A DNA stretch of 64,000 nucleotides from Heptranchias perlo. Its lineage: Eukaryota. Within the stretch, counting starts at the first letter, position 1, and each line of letters opens with the position of its first letter. This document shows positions 1 through 9,664 of this stretch, in pieces. The notes under the pieces are model-generated. The model worked only from the letters and a program-made list of their open reading frames with translations. It was not told the DNA's origin and did no database searches. The position numbers and the translations under genes are program-made. The DNA lies in contig NC_090336.1 of the NCBI RefSeq assembly GCF_035084215.1, positions 29,388,001-29,452,000 on the forward strand, read 5' to 3'.

Positions 1-23
1 ATGTGTTTAAAATGAGACACAAG

Positions 24-741
24 GGGATCGATATTAGGAGGGAGGCGGGTTGGCAGTGGGGGTTCGACTGGGCGCGTGGGTTACCCACGCGCCCAGTGAA
101 TTTGGGGTGCTCTGCATACGATTGCAGCCTATTGAAGGCACTTACCTTGGCTTCCGGGTTTCCCGTTCTAGACCTGCGCAGCGGGTGCACTGTGCACCCG
201 CATCACAGGCTGTCAGCAGGAGGAGCCCTATTTAAAGGGCAGTCCTCCAATGCTCCTCCTGCAGCAAAGAACCAATTTTGGATCATGGAGCAGGCCAGAG
301 GCAAGGCTGCTCCAAGGCTCTCTGACTCCTCACTCCAGGTGCTGCTCGATGGGGTGAGGAAGAGGAGGGAAATTTTTTCCATTGGAAGGGAGGAGGTGTC
401 CTCCCTCCGCCACCAAGAAGGCCTGGCTGGGGATGGCCGAGGAGGTCAGCAGCAGCGGCAATGTGTCCAGAACCTGGATCCAGTGCAGTAAGCGATTTAA
501 TGACCTAACCAGGTCAGCCAAAGTGAGAATACTTACGCATTCTCCCACACTCCGTCTTCCACATCACCTCCACCACCACACAACTCCTTCTGCACTGCCA
601 CCACAACACTGTCGCATCACTCCTCAAATCCACTCAACTATCATCCTCACCTTGCCTGCACGCACTCACCGCCCCTGTCCCCATTCGAACACTACCACAC
701 AACCCAATCCTCATGCAATCTCATGGCTATGTTGCACACGC
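24..741 (+). mobile_element. PIF/Harbinger DNA transposon fragment (one TIR plus exon 1 of the Myb/SANT-like gene), truncated at the LINE junction
   Basis: Begins GGGATCGATATTAGG, similar to the TIR GGGCTCGATATTAGC of the 35792-39087 element. Encodes frameshifted MEQARGKAAPRLSDSSL...KKAWL...WIQCSKRFNDL, colinear with 38103..38828(-). Confidence 0.85.
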
Positions 742-743
742 TA

Positions 744-830
744 GGGTACGGTAGCATAGTGGTTATTTTGCTGGACTAGTAACCCAGAGGCCTGGACTAT
801 AATCCAGAGTCACGAGTTCAAATCCCGCCA
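744..830 (+). promoter_or_regulatory. tRNA-derived internal Pol III promoter (A box/B box) heading the LINE
   Basis: A box TAGCATAGTGG at 752-762 and B box GTTCAAATCC at 816-825. Internal duplication CTGGACTA..A.CCAGAG lies between them. Confidence 0.75.
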
Positions 831-3800
831 CGGCAGCTGGTGAATTTAAATTCAATCAAATAAAATCTGGAATTAAAATACTAGTATCAGTAATGATAGC
901 CATGAAACTACCGGATTGTTGTAAAAACCCATCTGGTTCACTAATGCCCTTTCGGGAAGGAAACCTGCTGTCCTTACCCGGTCTGGCCTATATGTGACTC
1001 CAGACCCTCAGCAATGTGGTTGATTCTTAATTGCCCTCTGAAATGGCCCAGCAAGCCACTCAGTTGTAAAATCTCACTACGAAAAGTCATAATAAGAATA
1101 AAACCGGACAGGGCACCGGACACGACAACGGCAAAACACCAAGCCCAGTCGACCCTGCAAGGTCCTCCTTACTAACATCTGGGGACTTGTGCCAAAATTG
1201 GGAGAGCTGTCCCACAGACTAGTCAATCAACAGCCTGACACAGCCATACTCACAGAATTATACCTTTCAGCCGACGTCCCAGACTCTTCCATCACCATCC
1301 CTGGGTATGTCCTGGGAGTCCTCAACATTGACTCTGGACCCCACGAAATCTCATGGCATCAGGTCAAACATGGGCAAAGAAACCTCATGCTGATGAGTCA
1401 GTCCTCCTCCATGTTGAGCACCACTTGGAGGAAGCACTCAGGGCAGCAAGGGCACAGAATGTACTCTGGGTGGGGGACTTCAATGTCCATCACCAAGAGT
1501 GGCTCAGTAGCACCACTACTGACCGAGCTGGCCGAGTCCTGAAGGACATAGCTGCTAGGCTCAGCGTGCGGCAGGTGGTGAGCGAACCAACACGAGGGAA
1601 AAACTTACTTGACCTCGTCCTCACCAATCAACCTGTCGCAAATGTATCTGTCCATGACAGTATTGGTAGGAGTGACCACTGCACAGTCCTCGTGGAGATG
1701 AAGTCCCGTCTTCGCACAGAGGACACCATCCAACGTGTTGTGTGGCACTACCACCGTGCTGAATGGGATAGATTCAGAACAGATCTAGCAGCTCAAAACT
1801 GGGCATCCATGAGGTGCTGTGGGCCATCAGCAGCAGCAGCAGAATTGTATTCCAGCACAATCTGTAACCTCATGGCCCGGCATATTCCTCACTCTACCAA
1901 CCATTACCAACAAGCCAGGGGATCAACCCTGGTTCAATGAAGAGTGTAGAAGAGCAAGCCAGGAGCAGCACCAGGCGTACCTAAAAATGAGGTGCCAACC
2001 TGGTGAAGTTACAACTCACGACTACATGCATGCTAATCAGCGGAAGCAACATGCTATAGACGGAGCTAAGCGATTCCACAACCAACGGATCAGATCAAAG
2101 CTCTGCAGTCCTGCCACAGCCAGTCGTGAATGGTGGTGGACAATTAAACAACTAACGGGAGGAGGAGGCTCTGCAAACATCCCCATCCTCAATGATGATG
2201 GAGTCCAGCACCTGAGTGAAAAGACAAGGCTGAAGCGTTTGCAAGCATCTTAAGCCAGAAGTGCCGAGTGGATGATCCATCTCGGCCTCCTCCCGATACC
2301 CCCACCATCACAGAAGCCAGTCTTCAGCCAATTCGATTCACTCCACGTGATATCAAGAAACAGCTGAGTGCACTGGATACAGCAAAGGCTATGGGCCCCA
2401 ACAACATCCCGGCTGTACTGCTGAAGACTTGTGCTCCAGAACTAGCTGCGCCTCTAGCCAACCTGTTCCAGTACAGCTACAACACTGGCATCTACCCGAC
2501 AATGTGGAAAATTGCCCAGGTATGTCCTGTCCACAAAAAGCAGGACAAATCCAATCCGGCCAATTACCGCCCCATCAGTCTACTCTCAATCATCAGCAAA
2601 GTGATGGAAGGTGTCGTCGACAGTGCTATCAAGCGGCACTTACTCACCAATAACCTGCTCACTGATGCTCAGTTTGGGTTCCGCCAGGACCACTCGGCTC
2701 CAGACATCATTACAGCCTTGGTCCAAACATGGACAAAAGAGCTGAATTCCTGAGGTGAGGTGAGAGTGACTGCCCTTGACATCAAGGCAGCATTTGACCG
2801 AGTATGGCACCAAGGAGCCCTAGTAAAATTGAAGTCAAGGGGAATTAGGGGGAAAACTCTCCAGTGGCTGGAGTCATACCCAGCACAAAGGAAGATGGTA
2901 GTGGTTGTTGGAGGCCAATGATCTCAGCCCCAGGACATTGCTGCAGGAGTTCCTCAGGGCAGTGTCCGAGGCCCAACCACCTTCAGCTGCTTCATCACTG
3001 AACTTCCCTCCATCATAAGGTCAGAAACGGGGATGTTCACTGACAATTGCACAATGTTCAGTTCCATTCGAAACCTCTCAAATAATGAAGCAGTCCGAGC
3101 CCGCATGTAGCAAGACCTGGACAACATCTAGGCTTGGGTTCATGAGTGGCAAGTAACATTCGCGCCCGACAAGTGCCAGGCAATGACCATCTCTAACAAG
3201 AGAGAGTCTAACCACCTCCCCTTGACATTCAACGGCATTACCATCGCCAAATCCCCCACCATCAACATTCTGGGGGTCACCATTGACCAGAAACTTAACT
3301 GGACCGGCCATATAAATACTGTGGCTAAAAGAGCAGGTCAGAGGCCGGGTATTCTGTGGCAAGTGACTCACCTCCTGACACCCCAAAGCCTTTCCACCAT
3401 CTACAAGGCACAAGTCAGGAGTGTGATGGAATACTCTCCACTTGCCTGGATGAGTGCAGCTCCAACAACACTCAAGAAGCTCGACACCATCCAGGACAAA
3501 GCAGCCCGCTTGATTGGCACCTCATCCACCACCCTAAACATTCACTCCCTTCACCACAAGCATACTGTGGCTGCAGTGTGTACCATCCACAGGATGCACT
3601 GCAGCAACTTACCAAGGCTTGTTCGACAGCACCTCCCAAACCCGCGACCTCTACCACCTAGAAGGACAAGAGCAGCAGGTACATGGGAACAACACCACCT
3701 GCCCATTCCCCTCCAAGTCACACACCTTCCCGACTTGGAAATATATCGCCGTTCCGTCATCGTCGCTGGGTCAAAATCCTGGAACTCCCTTCCTAACAAC

Positions 3801-3843
3801 ATTGTGGGAGAACCGTCACCACACGGACTGCAGCGGTTCAAGA
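744..3843 (+). mobile_element. Non-LTR retrotransposon (CR1/L2 group, single APE-RT ORF, degraded) with a tRNA-derived 5' head; 3' end displaced to 8915-9014
   Basis: APE motifs (VLLTNIWGL, ILTE, GDFN, LDLVL, SDH). RT motifs (NYRPISLL, QFGFR, DIKAAFD, GVPQGS) spread over frameshifted ORFs 1189-3908. No ORF1 between head and APE. Confidence 0.9.
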
Positions 3844-4615
3844 CAGCTGAGAGGAGCCGAGTGGAGCGGAGGGAGCGTCCGATAAAAGGCGGGATTTCAG
3901 AGCGCTGAGAACAGCTGAGAGGAGCTGAGTGGAGCGGAGGGAGCATCCGATAAAAGGCGGGATTTCAGAGCGCTGAGAACAGCTGAGAGGAGCCGAGCGG
4001 AGGGAGCGTCCGATAAAAGGCGGGATTTCAGAGCGCTGAGAACAGCTGAGAGGAGCCGAGCCGAGCGGAGGGAGCTTCCGATAAAAGGCGGGATTTCAGA
4101 GCGCTGAGAACAGCTGAGAGGAGCCGAGCCGAGCGGAGGGAGCGTCCCATAAAAGGCGGGATTTCAGAGCGCTGAGAACAGCTGAGAGGAGCCGAGCGGA
4201 GCGGAGGGAGCGTCCGATAAAAGGCGGGATTTCAGAGTGCTGAGAACAGCTGAGAGGAGCCGAGCCGAGCGGAGGGAGCGTCCGATAAAAGGCGGGATTT
4301 CAGAGCGCTGAGAACAGCTGAGAGGAGCGGATCGGAGCGGAGGGAGCTTCCGATAAAAGGCGGGATTTCAGAGCGCTGAGAACAGCTGAGAGGAGCCGAG
4401 CGAAGCGGAGGGAGCGTCCGATAAAAGGCGGGATTTCAGAGCGCTGAGAACAGCTGAGAGGAGCCAAGCAGAGCGGAGGGAGCGTCCGATAAAAGGTGGG
4501 ATTTCAGAGCGCTGAGAACAGCTGAGAGGAGCCGAGCCGAGTGGAGGGAGCGTCCGATAAAAGGCGGGATTTCAGAGCGCTGAGAACAGCTGAGAGGAGC
4601 CGAGCCGAGCGGAGC
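3844..4615 (+). repeat. CpG-rich 68-bp tandem array (~11.5 units) forming the CR1-A 5' end
   Basis: Unit CAGCTGAGAGGAGCCGAG...CGTCCGATAAAAGGCGGGATTTCAGAGCGCTGAGAA starts at 3844, 3912, 3980, 4043, 4111 ... 4587. Confidence 0.95.
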
Positions 4616-4929
4616 TGCGACCGAGTTCGAAGTGACGTCAGGAATCAGATCGGGACGCGACACAGGGGAGGCACCTGATTGGGGAGTAGGTTCAGGTGAG
4701 TATTTCTACTTATCGACAGTAACTAAAGTAAAAGGAAAGGGAAGGTCTGCAGGTCTTATAGGAAGTAGCGTTTTTTTTAGTGAATCAAGGTCCCTAGTGT
4801 AGTTAACATTCTCTAAATTAAGAACAATTTAAAGGAGTAAACTCCTTAAAGGGAGTGGTAAGTAGTTTTTCTTTCCTTTTTTTTCTCTTGACATTGTAGT
4901 TGTTGTTAAGCTAACTTAAGGGTTAAGTC

Positions 4930-5877
4930 ATGGCAGGAGATCCCACAGCCGTGTCATGTTCCTCTTGTGGGATGTGGGAATTCAGGGATCCTTCCTGTAT
5001 CCCTGATTCCTTCACCTGCGGGAAGTGTGTCCAGCTGCAGCTATTGTTTGACCGCTTGACGGCTCTGGAGCTGCGGATGGACTCACTTTGGAGCATCCGC
5101 GATGCTGAGAAAGTCGTGGATAGCACGTTCAGTGAGTTGGTCACACCGCAGATAAAAATTACTGAGGGAGATAGTGAATGGGTGACCAACAGACAGAGGA
5201 AGAGTAGGAAGGCAGTGCAGGGGTCCCCTGCGGTCATCTCCCTCCAAAACAGGTATACCGTTTTGGATACTGTTGGGGGAGATGGCTCACCAGGGGAAGG
5301 TGGCAGTGGCCAGGTTCATGGCACCGTGGCTGGCTCTGCTGCACAGGAGGGCAGGAAAAAGAGTGGCAGAGCTATAGTGATAGGGGACTCGATTGTAAGG
5401 GGAATAGACAGGCGTTTCTGCGGACGCAACCGAGACTCCAGGATGGTATGTTGCCTCCCTGGTGCAAGGGTCAAGGATGTCTCGGAGCGGCTGCAGGACA
5501 TTCTGGAGGGGGAGGGTGAACAGCCAGTTGTCGTGGTGCATATAGGCACCAACGATATAGGTAAAAAACAGGATGGGGTCCTAAAAGCTGAATTTAGGGA
5601 GTTAGGAGTTAAACTAAAGAGTAGGACCTCAAAGGGAGTAATCTCAGGATTGCTACCAGTGCCACGGGCTAGTCAGAGTAGGAATGACAGGATAGCTAGG
5701 ATGAATACGTGGCTTGAGAGATGGTGCAAGAGGGAGGGATTCAAATTCCTGGGCCATTGGAACCGGTTCTGGGGGAGGTGGGACCAGTACAAATTGGACG
5801 GTCTGCATCTGGGCAGGACTGGAACCAATGTCCTAGGGGGAGTGTTTGCTAGTGCTGTTGGGGAGGGTTTAAACTAA
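4930..5877 (+). CDS. CR1 ORF1: zinc finger/leucine zipper plus SGNH esterase domain (intact, 315 aa)
   Basis: CxxC...CxxC at the N-terminus, followed by heptad leucines. SGNH blocks GDS, GTND and DGLH. Confidence 0.92.
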   Translation: MAGDPTAVSCSSCGMWEFRDPSCIPDSFTCGKCVQLQLLFDRLTALELRMDSLWSIRDAEKVVDSTFSELVTPQIKITEGDSEWVTNRQRKSRKAVQGSPAVISLQNRYTVLDTVGGDGSPGEGGSGQVHGTVAGSAAQEGRKKSGRAIVIGDSIVRGIDRRFCGRNRDSRMVCCLPGARVKDVSERLQDILEGEGEQPVVVVHIGTNDIGKKQDGVLKAEFRELGVKLKSRTSKGVISGLLPVPRASQSRNDRIARMNTWLERWCKREGFKFLGHWNRFWGRWDQYKLDGLHLGRTGTNVLGGVFASAVGEGLN

Positions 5878-8818
5878 TGTGGCAGGGGGATGGGAACCGA
5901 TGCAGGAAGTCAGTGGGAAATAAAGTGGTGACAGAAACAAAAGGCAGTAAGGGAGAGTGTACAGAACATGACCGGACAGATGGTCTGAGAAAGCAGGGCA
6001 AAGACCAAGGGAAGTCTAGATTAAACTGCATTTATTTCAATGCAAGAAGTCTGATGGGCAAGGCAGATGAACTCAGGGCATGGATGGGTACATGGGACTG
6101 GGATGTTATAGCTATTACTGAAACATGGCTAAGGGAGGGGCAGGACTGGCAGCTCAATGTTCCAGGTACAGATGCTATAGAAAAGATAGGGCAGGAGGTA
6201 AGAGAGGAGGGGGAGTTGCGTTCTTGATTAGGGAGAACATCACGGCAGTAGTGAGAGGGGATATATCCGAGGGTTCGCCCACTGAGTCTATATGGGTAGA
6301 ACTGAAAAATAAGAAGGGAGAGATCACTTTGATAGGATTGTACTACAGACCCCCAAATAGTCAACGGGAAATTGAGGAGCAAATATGTAAGGAGTTTACA
6401 GACAGCTGCAAGAAAAATAGGTTGGTAATAATAGGGGACTTTAACTTTCCCAACATTTACTGGGACAGCCATAGCATTAGGGGCTTGGATGGAGAGAAAT
6501 TTGTTGAGTGTATTCAGGAGGAATTTCTCATTCAGTATGTGGATGGCCCGACTAGAGAGGGGGCAAAACTTGACCTCCTCTTGGGAAATAAGGAAGGGCA
6601 GGTGACAGAAGTGTTAGTGAGGGATCACTTTGGGACCAGTGATCATAATTCCATTAGTTTTAAGATAGCTATGGAGAAGGATAGGTCTGGCCCAAAAGTT
6701 AAAATTCTAAATTGGGGAAAGGCCAATTTTGATGGTATTAGACAGGAACTTTCAGAAGTTGATTGGGAGAGTCTGTTGGCAGGCAAAGGGACGTCTGGTA
6801 AGTGGGAGGCTTTCAAAGGTGTGTTAACCAGGGTTCAGGGTAAGCACATTCCTTATAAAGTGAAGGGCAAGGCTGGTAGAAGTAGGGAACCTTGGATGAC
6901 TCGGGAGATTGAGGCCCTAGTCAAAAAGAAGAAGGAGGCATATGACATGCATAGGCAGCTGGGATCAAGTGGATCCCTTGAAGAGTATAGAGATTGCCGG
7001 AGTAGAGTTAAGAGAGAAATCAGGAGGGCAAAAAGGGGACATGAGATTGCTTTGGCAGATAAGGCAAAGGAGAATCCAAAGAGCTTCTACAAATACATAA
7101 AGGGAAAAAGAGTAACTAGGGAGAGAGTAGGGCCTCTTAAGGATCAACAAGGTCATCTATGTGCTGAACCACAAGAGATGGGTGAGATCCTGAATGAATA
7201 TTTCACATCGGTATTTACGGTTGAGAAAGGCATGGATGTTAGGGAGCTTGGGGAAATAAATAGTGATGTCTTGAGGAGTGTACATATTACAGAGAGGGAG
7301 GTGCTGGAAGTCTTAACGCGCATCAAGGTAGATAAATCTCCGGGACCTGATGAAATGTATCCCAGGACGTTATGGGAGGTTAGGGAGGAAATTGCGGGTC
7401 CCCTAGCAGAGATATTTGAATCATCCACCGCTACAGGTGAGGTGCCTGAAGATTGGAGGGTAGCAAATGTTGTGCCTTTGTTTAAGAAGGGAGGCAGGGA
7501 AAAGCCTGGGAACTACAGACCGGTGAGCCTGACATCTGTAGTGGGTAAGTTGTTAGAGGGTATTCTGAGGGACAGGATCTACAGGCATTTGGAGAGGCAG
7601 GGACTGATCAGGAACAGTCAGCATGGTTTTGTGAGAGGAAAATCATGTCTCATGAATTTGATTGAGTTTTTTGAAGGGGTAACCAAGAAGATAGATGAGG
7701 GCTGTGCAGTAGACGTGGTCTACATGGACTTCAGCAAAGCCTTTGACAAGGTACCGCATGGTAGGTTGTTACATAAGGTTAAATTTCATGGGATCCAAGG
7801 TGAGGTAGCCAATTGGATACAAAATTGGCTTGACGACAGAAGACAGAGGGTGGGTGTCGAGAGTTGTTTTTCAAACTGGATGCCTGTGTCCAGCGGTGTG
7901 CCTCAGGGATCGGTGCTGGGTCCGCTGTTATTTGTTATTTATATTAATGATTTGGATGAGAATTTAGGAGGCATGGTTAGTAAGTTTGCAGATGACACCA
8001 AGATTGGTGGCATTGTGGACAGTGAAGAAGGTTATCTAGGATTGCAACGGGATCTTGATAAATTGGGCCAGTGGGCCAATGAATGGCAGATGTAGTTTAA
8101 TTTAGATAAATGTGAGGTGATGCATTTTGGGAGATCGAATCGGGCCAGGACCTACTCCGTTAATGGTAGGGCGTTGGGGAGAGTTATAGAACAAAGAGAT
8201 CTAGGAGTACAGGTTCATAGCTCCTTGAAAGTGGAGTCACAGGTGGATAGGGTGGTGAAGAAGGCATTCGGCATGCTTGGTTTCATTGGTCAGAACATTG
8301 AATGCAGGAGTTGGGATGTCTTGTTGAAGTTGTACAGGGCATTGGTGAGGCCACACTTGGAGTACTGTGTACAGTTCTGGTCACCCTATTATAGAAAGGA
8401 TATTATTAAACTAGAAAGAGTGCAAAAAAGATTTACTAGGATGCTACCGGGACTTGATGGGTTGACTTATAGGGAGAGGTTAGACAGACTGGGACTTTTT
8501 TCCCTGGAGAGTAGGAGGTTAAGGGGTGATCTTATAGAAGTCTATAAAATAATGAGGGGCATAGATAAGGTAGATAGTCAAAATCTTTTCCCAAAGGTAG
8601 GGGAGTCTATAACGAGGGGGCATAGATTTAAGGTGAGAGGGGAGAGATACAAAAGGGTCCAGAGGGGCAATTTTTTCACTCAAAGGGTGGTGAGTGTCTG
8701 GAACGAGCTGCCAGAGGCAGTAGTAGAGGCGGGTACAATTTTGTCTTTTAAAAAGCATTTGGACAGTTACATGGGTAAGATGGGTATAGAGGGATATGGG
8801 CCAAGTGCAGGAAATTGA
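5868..8818 (+). pseudogene. CR1 ORF2 (APE + RT) with a 1-bp frameshift near 6165 and an in-frame TAG at 8093-8095
   Basis: Motifs [53 protein letters not shown]. One G is missing near 6165 relative to copy B. Confidence 0.92.
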
Positions 8819-8914
8819 GACTAGCTTAGTGGTATAAACTGGGCGACATGGACATGTTGGGCCGAAGGGCCTGTTTCCATGTTGTAACTTCTATGATTCT
8901 TCTATGATTCTATG

Positions 8915-9014
8915 AAGAAGGCGGCTTACCATCACCTTCTGAAGGGCAATTAGGGATGGGCAATAAATGTTGGCCTCGCCAGCGACACCCACATCCCATG
9001 AATGAATAAAAAAA
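8915..9014 (+). mobile_element. 3' end of the tRNA-headed LINE
   Basis: Continues ...CAGCGGTTC|AAGAAGGCGG and ends GAATGAATAAAAAAA. A related tail lies on the minus strand at ~18934-18995. Confidence 0.85.
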
Positions 9015-9249
9015 CATGTTAAGTCATTTATTGTAATGTATTACAATGCTTCTGCATTGTTGTAGTCTGCTTAGCCTAACCGTATTCAAAATAGTTGCAT
9101 GAAAGCTCTCCCAAATGGTTATTGGCCAAGTGCATTGCCTGGGGTGAGATTAAGTCATACCGCCCAAAGCAATCTCAGATTTCATCCCCAGTCTATACTT
9201 AGTTGTCTAATTCCAGCTGCACCAGCAATTACCTGCTTCAGACCACCAA

Positions 9250-9450
9250 ACAGCCAGCCATAATAGGAAGTGCTTGTATGTAGACTCAGGTGAATATAGG
9301 ATCTATAGTGGAATAGCCAGCCAGCACTTAATGTAGGTACAAACATGAAGAATGGGCATTTGGTGAGGTTCAGTGCAGCAGTGGTAAACATATAACCTTA
9401 TTCTAGTAAGAATCAATCAACCCCTCTGTAGAGAAGCGGAGAAAGTAAAA
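9250..9450 (+). mobile_element. Degraded LF-SINE-like fragment
   Basis: GAATAGCC..CCAGCACT...CATGAAGAATGG.CATTTGG.GAGG matches the 3' half of the 15610-16000 copy. Confidence 0.5.
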
Positions 9451-9627
9451 AGAAATTACCCCAAGTACTACGTGTAACTTGCTTTTGTTGCACTGTTTAC
9501 AGTAGAATTGCAAAGAGTGCAAATTAATGCTAATAGTTCCTATAATATTAGTACTTGAAATACTCTATTCTTCATAAAATAAGGAGTCTTACAACACCAG
9601 GTTATAGTCCAACAGCTTTATTTGAAA

Positions 9628-9664
9628 TCACAAGCTTTCGGAGCTTTGCTCCTTCGTCAGGTGA
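9628..9664 (-). ncRNA. Minimal type I hammerhead ribozyme in the Penelope terminal repeat (intact core)
   Basis: Minus strand reads TCAC-CTGACGA-A-GGAGC AAA GCTCC-GAAA-GC-TT-GTGA: stem I, CUGANGA core, stem II, GAAA, palindromic AGCU stem III. Confidence 0.8.

Larger units (their letters stand above)
3844..8914 (+). mobile_element. Full-length CR1 LINE (copy A) inserted into the older LINE
   Basis: 5' tandem array, ORF1, ORF2 and 3' (ATTCTATG)n tail. AAGA at 3840-3843 and 8915-8918 is a probable TSD. The host LINE resumes seamlessly after it. Confidence 0.95.

Noticed and set aside
744-830. Functional tRNA gene
   Set aside because: Internal duplication, no clean acceptor stem, and it runs on into repeat sequence.
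3844-4615. Tandem arrays (also 54194-55528) as CRISPR arrays
   Set aside because: Contiguous monomers with no unique spacers and no cas genes; they lie inside the CR1 TSDs.
5875-5879. TAATG stop-start coupling as the general ORF2 initiation mechanism
   Set aside because: The ATG is present in only one of four junctions.
6160-6170. ORF2 frameshifts (also ~57929) as programmed recoding
   Set aside because: Each is private to one copy and lies in a short homopolymer, so mutation or sequencing error is more likely.
9182-9391. ORF as the transmembrane exon of the Ig gene
   Set aside because: No continuous hydrophobic helix, and it overlaps an antisense LF-SINE-like remnant.
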